From: Antedon mediterranea
Taxonomy: Eukaryota; Animalia; Echinodermata
Direction of reading: 5' to 3'
DNA: 64,000 nucleotides
NCBI RefSeq assembly: GCF_964355755.1
Contig: NC_092677.1
Location: forward strand, 15,460,101-15,524,100
Within the stretch, counting starts at the first letter, position 1. Each line of letters opens with the position of its first letter. Positions 52,241-64,000 of the stretch are shown here, piece after piece. Made by a program: the position numbers and the translations under genes. The notes beneath the pieces are model-generated. The model saw only the letters and a list, made by a program, of their open reading frames with translations, did no database searches and was not told the DNA's origin.

Positions 52241-53318
52241 GGGTGTCACGAAACCTAAGACCACGAAAGCTAAGACCTCCTAAGACCTAAGATCACGAAA
52301 GCTAAGACCCAAGACCTAAGATTACAAATATTTATCTTTCGCACCTGCCTTGTATTTTAACTCCCAACATTTATTCTGATGAAAAAGAATCACATAAAAA
52401 GTAACAAATACATTTTTAAAATGATATAAAGACGTTTTTCTCGCACACAAAAAGACTAGCCTACAGTACTACAGTAGGCCTACCCCATGTTCAATGTTTT
52501 TGTTTCTATGGAACGTCAAAAGAGCAACAATTATATAGAGGGCTGAAAACTCTGTGGAGTCCATCTACAGTGTGGATGGAACAATGTAAAATTAAAATTG
52601 TTATGACAATAGTATAATCATGCAAGTACGAAGAAATAAATACTGGCAAATAAATTTTTTTTTTTTAATAAGTTTTTTTGTTTCGTTTTCTTTCTGTTTT
52701 TATACTTGTACTATTATTGTTGCTCTTTTGGCGCTCAATAGAAACAAAAACATTGAGCATGGGGAGCTCATGGAGGTATAAAACTAGATATTTTTATACC
52801 TCCATGGGGAGCTCGAGAAGTTACAGTATACAAAGAAACACGTCTGTAAAATCATCAATTTAAAGGATTTATTTATTTGTTTTTATGTGTTTCTCCTTCT
52901 GAAAGTACTTATAAGTCCTAATTTTAAAGTGTGGTATTCAGGATAAAGTTAGTCAACAAATTTGGAGTAAAAATACAAGAAAGGCAGGTGCGTAAGAAAA
53001 ACATCCTCTGAACCAACACAATGGAGTAAATATATACCAACAAACAACCCGTCAAGTTTGTTTGTTGTAAAGAAAAAATATACATTTACTCAACGGGCGA
53101 AAATAATATGCGTTTATCTATGTTTTGCGTTAGTATTAAATTATATTTATGGTAATAAATGAAACGTACTGTGTTTAAAATTTTGTATGAATAAACAAGT
53201 ATTGTTTTTAAGCTGTAGTATATCTTAGAATTTGTAATCTTAGGTCTTGGGTCTTAGCTTTCGTGATCTTAGGTCTTAGGGGGTCTTAGCTTTCGTGGTC
53301 TTAGGTTTCGTGACACCC
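52241..53318. mobile_element. Non-autonomous MULE-like TIR element
   Basis: ~85-bp TIRs GGGTGTCACGAAACCTAAGACC with TAAGACC subrepeats; flanking direct repeat GCCTAGAATC (10 bp, or 8 bp if the terminal C/G belong to the element). Confidence 0.85.
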
Positions 53319-53569
53319 GCCTAGAATCGTATCGCAGTTGTGTAATCACTTCTTGTTGCTATACGCTTGGGTGCACACAGAACAAGAAAATTTAACTGAT
53401 GAATTATTCATGTTTATTTTGTGACGTTTCATGAGGGTCCCCAACTTATGTACGAAAAAAAAATCGCGAGCCGGCCTATATAAAAACGTAACATGTCTTC
53501 AATAATGGACATTCCACCACAGTAATAAAAAATAGTGAGAAACAATGGAGTTATTTACATAATAATTAA

Positions 53570-56500
53570 AGTTGTATTGTCCCCCAAAACATGAAAAATA
53601 AAGATGAAAAAAATCAAATTTTGAATAGACCACTTTGTAGTTATAATAATAAAGTTATTCACTTTCGCCGAAAAAAAAATATTGATTTCGCTTATAAAAA
53701 ATCAAAATAAGTTTACAATTTTTTCGAAATAATAATCTCAGAAATTCCTAAATAAAGAGGGTTAGCTAACAGCTCATAAATATGCATGATATGTTAATGA
53801 GCATCCAAACAGGGGAGATCCGATCTGTTCACCACATAAACAAGCATGTGCGACGAACAGAAAAAAAGTGCTGGGGTTTCCCTGATCGTATGATGTAAAA
53901 AGCTCTGCCGTTAATTTGCTGGTATGTAGAATCCTATTTTAGATTAATGACACATCCTCCTATAATAGTTATATATCGCAAAAACTAGATGTTTTTGGCG
54001 TATAGTTATAGGCTTAGCTATCTAGGCTAGGGCTATAATATAAGCCTACTATCTAGGGCCTAGGCCTAGTTAGTACTGTAGTTTACTACTGTGTAGTGTA
54101 GCAGCTGTAGGCAGGCAGATAATCGGGTCAGAAAAGTAGACGGGAACCCACTTTGAGACCTAGCTAGGTCATATATATCGTACTCACCTAGCTAAGCCAT
54201 CACTCCACAACTAGCTACAGGAAATAGGCCTACTATGTTGATGTACTATTGATATACATTTGGAAGGAGCTCGAATTAATTTTAAAGTCTAAAAAAAGAC
54301 TAACTGATGACAAACAAGGCCAACAGCCATTAAGTCGCGTGTTACAATGCATAGCGATACCGGACCGACAGACAAACAGACCGACAGACAGACCGACAGA
54401 CAGACGGACCGACCGACATAGTGAACTATACTGACCGAAATTACTGAACATGTTTAAAAATGTTGAAATGTTTAAAAACATTTATATTTTTTTAATTTAC
54501 ACGTGCGTAGCCTGTCACTTTTGACGTGCTCGTATAACGTAATTTCGAGTTGAAAAGTAAGTCAAGAAAACAGAAATCGGGTAAAAAGAGTGCGCAATAA
54601 CATTTAACGCGCAGTGCGCGCGCAAAAATCTTCGCACTCATGGCAATTTTGTAAACGCTTAAAATTGCCTGAAACGTACTCTTATTTCATCGAAAATAAA
54701 TTTTGAAAATTTTAAGCGCGCGTACGCATGCGTTACATGCGCTACGCACGTAATTGTATTGCCATATATTGATTTATGCCCTGAAATTTATGAGTACCAA
54801 ATTTTATTTAATTGTGATTCATGGTTGTTAAGATATGATTACAAACGTGATTTCGTTAAATCGTGCGTAGACCGCGTAATTTTTTATTGCGCACCGTGAA
54901 AACATAACCACATCGATTCCTGGCCATAAGGAATATTCTGTGAAAAATTGACTTAGCTAGATTAAACTGATATCAAGATAAGGTCATAAAGCGATAAAAC
55001 GCATAGTGATACCGGACCGACAGACAGACAGACCGACAGACAGACCGACAGACAGACAGACAGACCGACCGACCGACATAGTGAACTATAGAGTCGCTTC
55101 CACGCGACTAAAAACGAACATTTGGAAAATGATCAGCATACAGTACCGAAGAAGTTGACGGTAGAATAGTTTGTTGTTGATAGCAACCAAAACGGAAACA
55201 CTAGTAATTAGACTAGACCTTTTTGAGGGAGGAAATGCACTTTTCAGTTATTCCTTACTGTACATTAGTACCCCAAATTGAAAACTTCAGATTCATGTAC
55301 AGAAATAATAATTATATGTATGCAATAAATTGTGAAATATTTAACTTTTCTATTTGACTTTTGTATTTATACATCATTGTTTTTCAATTTATAGACTTAA
55401 GCTAATGAAGATTGGAACAGAGTTTACACCCATACTGCATAATAAAGGCAACTGGCAGTAGACTCGGTAGAGTGGAACACAAGATAAATATTGGATGACT
55501 ATCATAAAGCATTAGGCAAATGTGTTGGTAGTTTTCCAGCTTTTAAAATGTTGTATATTTTTCATAATTAGAGCAATAACATTTGTATAAATTATTTTGC
55601 AAACATAGCAACAGCATTAAATAAATAAAAAATACTACTACAGTACATGAGATAAAATCTTCATAATTTTAATGTGTGAAGATTTACAGTACAGTACAGT
55701 AAAAAATGAGTTAATTACTAGTATATTTCATTGAATTTCTGCATTATTGTTGACAATTTATTTTCAACTATTAATTGATGTGTTGATTGTGGCAGTACAG
55801 CAATAGCTTGTCTTCTGTGATTGTTCAACCATTTTAAAGTGTCATAGTAAGAAACGTTCAAATAAATATTGTGAATGTTGCTACCACATTTGGTGTTGAT
55901 TTCTTCACCATTTTCCACTACTTGCTCATATTGTTCATTCAAGTGTGTTAATACCTATTAAAAGAAAGACATTTTTTATTAAAATATGTACATAAAAAGT
56001 TTAATTGTGTGAATGTTGGTTTGAACGTTATTGCTTTGGAAGAATTTTCAACATAACGGTACTAAGTACTGTAAAGTACACATTCCAAAAAATATTTAAC
56101 TTAGATTATTTCGTCATTTTCTCTAAAATAATTACATTATTGGATGTACAGTATAGGCCTAGTTACAATTTTCACAAATTTATATTAGCATTAAAATCTA
56201 ATTAATCATGAAGGAAAAACCAAGCACCATAATCTCTCCTGGCCCTGGTGGTGACCTTATTTTTTATTTTTGGCAGCCATTCACAAGTTTTCGCTTTTTT
56301 AGTTTCGCTGCTCTAATACTTATGTATAATTTTTTTAAATCACAAACTCTACATAGAAAAGAAAATTAAATGTTTTAAAATGAATGAAAAGTGATATGAA
56401 TAATGATAAAAAATACTAAAAATAAGACGAGTTGGTGGTGTCAAAATTCACACTACTAAAACCTAAGTTATTTTTTACTCCATGCTCACAGATGATATAG

Positions 56501-57174
56501 GCCTCATCCTATTTAAAGCTAGGTTGGCAATAACTATTAATAAGGCTTACAAGTTGTATCTATTAGTATTAGCTAGGCCTACTACTCACTCAGGGTGAAC
56601 CCTCACTCAGGCCTACAACTAGGCCTAGTACTACTACTAGACTAGCTACTACTAGGCTATTTCTAGGCCTAGCCAATAGATAGGGAATAGTACACTAGCC
56701 AGTACAGCTGTAATGGGCTAGCTAGGCTTCCTATACTAACTAACAAAGCTGCACCATAGAAACTACAGTTCTTACTTACCAATCTGCTAGGGCCTAGCCA
56801 TAGTCTTTTCTTCAAAATAGGAGTTGTTTTTTTGTTGTTAAACTACAGAACTTTCCCACATCGTCGTCTCGCCATATAAAGTCGTATTTTTTTTTGTTAT
56901 GATCTAGAGGTCACATACACGCACAAGAATCATACAATATGCATAATTCATAAGCTAATTCAGGTCAAGGGTTAAACTAAACCGGAAGCCAGCTGGCTGC
57001 CAGCCAACCGACTTCCGGTTGACTATTTTTTACTTTAAATTACGATTTTCTCAGGTAAATAATTTTTTTTCGATCAAATTTTATTTCAAAGTGAATAACT
57101 TGTATGTATCATTAAAATGGCCTATTCAACAAAAATATTTTTAAAAATTATTTGTTCAGGGGGACAATACATCT
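53570..57174. mobile_element. Kolobok-like DNA transposon, 3.6 kb, no intact transposase
   Basis: TIR AGTTGTATTGTCCCCC / GGGGGACAATACATCT (15/16 match); TTAA on both sides (53566-53569, 57175-57178). Confidence 0.8.
54312..55114 (+). mobile_element. Helentron-associated (HINE/DINE-1-like) element nested in the Kolobok-like element
   Basis: AACAAG start, subterminal AGTCGCGTG, two GACA/GACC microsatellite blocks, 3' hairpin AGTCGCTTCCACGCGACT followed by an A run. Confidence 0.7.
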
Positions 57175-57206
57175 TTAAGGTGGATGTATCCGCGTGGATT
57201 GAACGT

Positions 57207-57389
57207 AGGGCCAATTTACACAGACAAGCGGTAACAGTAAGCTACAACCGCGTAATTGTCTCACATAAAATCTGTATCTATCCCGAGCGCGGAGGAAACC
57301 ACCCATCCACTCCAGGTTGTTTGTAAATGGTCATAAGAAATATTCTATATTTGAATTACCGTTACCGCTGGTCTGTGTAAATCGGCCAT
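57207..57389. mobile_element. Harbinger-like MITE
   Basis: TIR GGCCAATTTACACAGACAAGCGGTAAC / GTTACCGCTGGTCTGTGTAAATCGGCC. Confidence 0.65.
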
Positions 57390-57555
57390 TAGAGAGATAT
57401 TATAGTTCACTATAATATCACTATGGTAGGGCTTATATGAACATATTTAATTGTATTGCCCTGTATTCTCATTTTGTGACAATCACACTTTTTTCTTTGA
57501 ATATTTATTATTCAGGCGTGTGCTGATATTATTCTGGCTAATTGTGTGTTCTGTG

Positions 57556-58808
57556 ATGTCAAATATGTACTGGATCGTTGCAGTCATTTTATTTTCTCCA
57601 GCACAAGGTAGGTAGGCCTAAACATGATAATTAAAATAATGAAAGCGTGTATCACAAAATATGTATAATTTGCTTCTTTTTTTTTTCCAAATTACCGCCA
57701 CTAACAGGTTTGATACAAACAAAGCCAGAACTGTTTAAAGCACCTTGATTGGTCCTAACATTGATCAAGGACTTCTCTCGTCCAGCGCTCACCTTGCTAA
57801 TGAACAGAAGCCAAAATACCCCTAATTTTTAGAAGAGCCCAGAAACTCCTCACAGGCACTTCCTCAGCAGAAGCACGTCCACAGCCACACCTAACTTACA
57901 GCATACTTCGTCCTCTGTTCCTGTGTTTGTATTTGATTCTGTATTTTTACCGCATCATGTAGTATATTAGGCACGACTAAATAAACAACTGTGATATTTA
58001 AACCAAGCGAGTAGACTCGTTAATACAGTTTTAAACCTCACACACTATATTACACTATATTTCTTATGCAGAAATAGTCATTAGTAATACTAGACGATAA
58101 AGATACCAACGACGGTGATAGTTATTTTTTGTACAACAATAAAGATTCAAGTGATGAGAATAATAACTTAAACTATTTCGTTTTACTTTTAGCTCGTACA
58201 CTGGGGTTGAAATCTGGGATGTTTGCTATTCGTACAAAGAATTGGCGTATTTCAGAAAGCACGAATGATCAACCGACCGGCATCAGATGCGCACAAGCAT
58301 GTTTAAGATTAGGTTACGATGAATGTAATCACTTTAAGATTATTAGATGTGAAGGAGGCATGTCTGGATGCGAAATTAAATCTAAGACAACAGACGATGA
58401 AGTAGCATGGGACTACAAAATTAAGGTACGAATATAGGCCTACTTGGCGAGTTGAAAATTCGAAATAGAACAACAGAATTAAATGCTGAAAACAGCATTT
58501 TTATTGTTTTGTTTTCTTGATGTTTTACTTAAAATTTGTGGTGAGAGCGAAAGGTTTGTTTTTAAAGAAGTTGAGTCTGTATCAACGTTTTATTTTTTAT
58601 TTTAGTTTCAAGATGGCGCATTTATAAAAGGTAACGGATGACGTAAGCTACCAGCAAGCAACGGAAAGGAACTCTTGCGTTGTACGAGCAACTGGTGTCT
58701 GCCACTAAATACGGAATGAAAGTGACATGTGATCAGTGTTGGCTAATAAGTGGAGAAGTAACCTTCAGCAATGACGACACCACGTGTGATCTTGTGGATG
58801 CATCGACA
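57556..58808 (+). pseudogene. Pseudogene copy 4 of the PAN/3xLink gene
   Basis: Exons 57556-57607 and 58193-58425 are open. The last exon (from 58606) has a +1 frameshift giving an early TGA, a 17-bp deletion between GCA repeats, and breaks off at 58808. Confidence 0.9.
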
Positions 58809-58900
58809 TAGACTTAAATAAATCAAATTGCAAGAATATAATCAATAAGCTTACATTGATTACATGTATAATCATATGCACACTCCCTTAAACGGGTTCC

Positions 58901-59500
58901 TTAAACGTAATTGTTCATAGTGATACAGTATTTAAACGTAATTGTTCATAGTGATACAGTATTTAAACGTAATTGTTCATAGTGATACAGTATTTAAACG
59001 TAATTGTTTATAGTGATACAGTATTTAAACGTAATTGTTCATAGTGATACAATATTTAAACGTAATTGTTCATAGTGATACAATATTTAAACGTAATTGT
59101 TCATAGTGATACAGTATTTTAAACGTAATTGTTCATAGTGATATAATAAACGTAGTTGCTCATAGTGATATATTAAACGCAATTGTTCATAGTGATATAA
59201 TAAACGTAGTTGCTCACAGTGATATATTAAACGTAATTGTTCATAATAATATATTAAACGTAATTGGTCATAGTGATATATTAAACGTAAATGTTCATAG
59301 TGATATATTAAACGTAATTGTTCATAGTGATATATTAAACGTAATTGTTCATAGTTATATAAATGTAATTGTTTATAGTGATATATTAAACGTAATTGTT
59401 CATAGTGATATATTAAACGTAATTGTTCATAGTGATATATTAAACGTAATTGCTCATAGTGATATATTAAACATAATTGTTCATAATAATATATTAAACG
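58901..59500. repeat. Minisatellite of 31-bp then 27-bp units (AAACGTAATTGTTCATAGTGATA...)
   Basis: Period 31 at left (58934, 58965) and period 27 at right (59283, 59310). Confidence 0.95.
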
Positions 59501-59519
59501 TACTTAAACGTATGATTAA

Positions 59520-59800
59520 TTGTAATACATGTTCTAAACAAATTCATAGCCAGCATCCCAAAACTCTCTGTTCACTGTGTAAAATAATAATAATAATAGA
59601 TGTATTTATCCGAACCTTGATATAAAAGAAAACTGGTTTTGCTTTAATTGTACTGGAGAGATATTACCCTTTAACCATTATGTAGATGACAATGAATTTA
59701 AATTTGCTTTGTATTGTTTTGATAACACAATTAACTACAATAAAATGTTAAACTTGAATCTTAACCCGTTTTTGTATGAAGACGCTATCCACTCTGATAT
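59520..59800 (+). mobile_element. PHD-finger-like N-terminal fragment of a CR1-group LINE
   Basis: Manual translation gives CSKQIHSQHPKTLCSLC then ENWFCFNCTGEILPFNHYVDDNEF...LNPF, the pattern seen upstream of APE in CR1-group ORF2. Confidence 0.55.
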
Positions 59801-62800
59801 CCACCACATAATCAATGTATATAATCGCGAAAGCTAAGGCCGATAGTTTTAATAGTTTGTAAACTCGACTAATATTGATAGGTCCAAGCTGCTGGACCCA
59901 AAAACGTCTGGGGAAAAGAGAGTCTATGAGGACTCACGGTTGAATGATTTTGGATTCTCGCCCATGGTTGACGTGAATCAACAGACTGCGGAAGAATTTT
60001 CTCACGCATGTGCCGTTGTCTCTGAGGACTTCAGCAAGTCCCACACACGTGTATTGAAATTCTTTGGATGAGGTTAAATAAACACTCTTTTTATTTAATA
60101 ATCATGTATTCAAGTTGAATTTGAATTTTACAATGTTGATATACAAAATATATTACTAAACTAATAAGTTCATACAATTGCCTTTTGAGGGCGCAATTTA
60201 TTTACTTCGATTATTTTCGGCGATGTTTTGGACCCTATATATTTCGAAAACTACAAGTCAGATTTTCATAATTCTTTCTTTATTTTAATATTGATACAAC
60301 ATATTAACAGGCAATACATGCTATTAACTTATAATGCTGCATCGTTATCTCTAGGGAAGTAGGCCTAAATATACTAGTAGTATGCGTGTGGGTCGGGTCA
60401 TTAGGAAGTTAATGCTCCTACACTGGAATATGTACATATACTGTAGTTTAGTTTATGATTATATTTTGTCCGATCGACCGACATAGTAAGCTTAAGCTCT
60501 ACAGTTCATTATGTCGGTCGGTCGGTAAACACTAACTTGAGCACGCGACTGCAGCCATGTATATGGCCTTGTTCTTGACAAATAGGGAATTGCAGAAGAT
60601 AAAAACTGCCATTTCTGACACGACGATATAATGACTAAAAGCTGTGTAGGTCTATTAAATATGATGATTAAATATGATTCATTTATTCATTCCAGCTCTA
60701 CAAAGTAACCTAATGGAAATATGTTGCAGTAATATTCGTTTAATTATAATTACAAATTATTCATCAAGAAAAAAAAAGATATATAGGCCTACACATCTCT
60801 ATATAAATGTACGTAAGGTCAAAGTTCGATCAATTTTTACTCGTCGATGGTATATAAAGTTGGTTCGTACAGTATACTTTCGGTACTGATTTTAACCACC
60901 TCATGTAACCCTGTTTACTAATTAAATGGAGTTAGATAATTAGTTACAGACAATGAAAACGAATTTGGTTCAACGATATGGGTGTTTTCCGATCGTGGTA
61001 TAGCACTGTCTATATAATGGATGTCCATATTGAAAAATACTCGCACTCAATAATACGAGGATGCTTCGCATTTTCCTATCTCCGCCTACGATAATTGTTT
61101 TTAATAGCCAAAAAACCGGTTGAACAGCTCGAGTACAGCATCAAAATGTTAAAGACAGGTCGAATTTCTTTTAAAAATATTATTTTGATAGATTTAGGCC
61201 TAATAAACGTTTATATAAATGTATTGATTTGCGATAAATGGAACATTCCAATCTCTATTCGACAAGTGTCTATTCCCCGAAGCGTCGTAATAGCACAAAA
61301 GGCAAGTACAGCATATTTGATCCATTTTTTCAATCTGTGCTGCAGAGGTTGGATATAGGTATTTTTTTAAACAGATAATGGACTAGCGTTTTCAGTCGCC
61401 GTCTATATCCGTACAATCAATTTTATTATTGCAGTTAAACAATCGCCCACACCACCACCCGCACCCTCAATGCGTTGTAAGCCAGTATAGGATAGGCCTA
61501 CAGTAAAGAAGGATCACTTGCCCTAAACGCAGAACTAGGCCTACTTTGGTGGGTTAACCAACTTAAGTATGAATTGGCTCTATGAAACATTAGGCCTACT
61601 AATTAAATTAAATTAGATAATTATTTATTTATTGACGAATAAAGCGAATTTACGATTTGCCCCGAATAAAGTGTTTTTCACAAACTGTTTTACATTATAT
61701 AAACACATAGGCCTATACACATTTTTATTCATTTATTTATTTATTCATTTAGAATCCATTCAACAGTAATAAAAACAATAAATAAAAACAATAAGTAAAG
61801 AGCAACAATATCATAAAACCGAAATGTATACAATCATATAGGAATATCAACGATGAGATACTTTCTTAGTATAATTTTTAAAATAGAATGATTATTGGTC
61901 TCATTGTGTGACAAGTTTCTCTTTCAGAAGTAATTCCCAGGGTGCTAATTTTAGTTGAGTACATAAATCACCGTGTCTATTTATTCGTTTCTGTAAACAA
62001 AATTTGTCCTGCGGTACGTACATTTGAAATCGCCAGTTTTTTAACGCTGAAAATAATACTATGTATTGGAGAACCTTCTGTGGGCACGACCTAGATGGTA
62101 CGCGAGCGAAGCGAGTTATTTGCCAGCATTAGGGATTCTGTTACGCCAGGAAAAGTGACAATTTCACTCTTCTCTGGTTACACATGTTATTTTGTAAATT
62201 AAGTTTTGATCATTCATTGGCTTATAATTGCTAGAATCTTAAGAACCATTATACATCAATATTCCTTTTATTTTTAATTATTTTTAGTGTTAAAGTACAT
62301 TATCCTTTGCATGACAGTTATTAAATGTACCCACAAATAATATAATATTATGCAATTATCAATAAACTTATTATTGGTTATTCATAATAACTCCATAAAA
62401 AAGAATATACCAAAAGAAAGTAAATTCCTGTCACGTCAGACGCTTCTTGACATAAATTACGTTTTAAACTGTTTTCATTTTAGTTGCTCTATACTGTGTA
62501 TCTGCGGACTGAAATTAAATATTGATTGATATGTTTAAATAATTAAAAACAATATTAAACATGCTTTCAATTCTTGTGCACGTACACTAGATTCTTTTGA
62601 AATAACATCTATTCATGCTAGATTAGCATTTTAATTTTATCAAAGGGGTGTTAGCACTACAGTACCTAAGGCACGAAATATTTTTTTAACGACATGCATT
62701 AAATTTCATTAAGAGTTCTTGAGCTTTTCATAAAAAAACCATGGCAAAACAGTATGGTTTTCCAGCACACATCAAATATACAAATGACGTAGCCTAAACT

Positions 62801-64000
62801 CGGTATGTGATTGGCCCACAGTAACGATTGACTGACATCCTCCTAATTGTGCCGTTCGCTGTCGATTACAGCAGAGCCTTACTTCGGGACCTAACAGAAA
62901 GTTTCCATAATAGGGTATAACTTGAATACTCTACAAACGAAAAACTGAAACTAACATCTTTTTTCCATATTAGTCACTGTTTTTAAATGTTTCTTAAGGC
63001 AGTAACAGTTATATGACGTCATCATATTACGTTAATTATAACGAATTTCTTAACAAGTCTCTGACATGGCTAAACTTAAAAAATTATTTAGCCCTGTCTT
63101 TTTTTAATTTCTATTGTTTAAAAATACCGAACTACAGAGTAGACAAAACAGGTGGTTGTCAAATGTACTATATTATGTTATATTGTTGTAAAAGGCTCTG
63201 GCCTCCCTAACTTGTGTGGGGTAGCGGTCGACACGTGAAATAATGATCTCACAACAAACATTTATTGGAATATAAACAGGCAAGCAAAACAGGCTAAGTT
63301 TATGGCAGTTTAATTACAAATTCTATAGCATTTATTTGCTTTATTAGCAAGGAGAACACTCCTCTCCGTGCCAGTCACCCAGGCCAAAGAGAGAGATGTC
63401 TCCTTGGATACAGCTATCTAGGCTTGGGTGTCCAGCAGGGTTCCCATCCCCCATGGGCTATTCCATTACCAAAAATCAAAACAAAATTACTGAACCATAA
63501 CATGTTCCCTGTGATGACTATACCTGGCCCCCAAGTATTGTAATCTGACACACTGTCGCAAGATAAAAGTATACTGATTATTAGATACCCGATTGTTGGC
63601 TGAAATAGCATTGGGATGGCACTCCCCATTAAGACATTCTACAATGGACTCCTAACCATCATGTCATGCCAACTGTTAAAGTGAAGATACTAAATACGGA
63701 ACCAGTACGGTCCCTCCCAATAGCAGAAGTATGAGGAATTTCCAATGTGAGTCCACCCATCATGGCCCTTGTTACCATGACACTCACCCGATCAGTAAAG
63801 TTCTGATCGCACCTCATGACCACTGCTAAAGGTTCACCCATAAGACTGCTTTCCAACGCAACTAACAGCTCAAGGAGCATGACCAATCCAATAGGTGCCG
63901 CCATACGGCTTCATACCCCAACAACTATAACTACAACTCACAGAGCCCTATAATCATTACCCTGTGACAGATCAATTCATTATTTTTTTTTTATTTTATT

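Noticed and set aside
63240-63965. Minus-strand ORFs of 81 and 71 aa in a GC-richer block
   Set aside because: No recognisable domain and stops in all frames after the candidate acceptor. It could be a terminal exon/3' UTR (AATAAA downstream) or a TE piece, but cannot be resolved at the window edge.

Overview
AT-rich eukaryotic genomic DNA with GT-AG introns, probably from a marine invertebrate deuterostome such as an echinoderm (inferred from the TE repertoire and TAGGCCTA-rich tracts). The host content is a + strand tandem cluster of four paralogues encoding a secreted protein of about 408 aa: signal peptide, PAN/apple-like domain and three Link-like modules. Two copies are intact (7038-8770, 35841-38451) and two are pseudogenes (about 3292-4820, 57556-58808). 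The most striking structure lies between the intact copies: three non-coding giant palindromic elements (9213-16536, 16860-23165, 23843-31060) with arms up to ~3.6 kb, a ~185-bp spacer, TATGG...CCATA ends and a different 6-7 bp TSD each, matching IS3EU-type hallmarks. Arm variants indicate arm-to-arm homogenisation and an inversion of the core in the third copy. The remainder is nested TEs (Kolobok-like, small IS3EU-like, L2, Rex1/Babar, Tx1/L1, mini-Gypsy, MULE-like, Helentron-type and Harbinger-like elements), two minisatellites, and many TA-duplicating micro-insertions resembling excision footprints. Coordinates and alignments were read by eye; no database searches were run.
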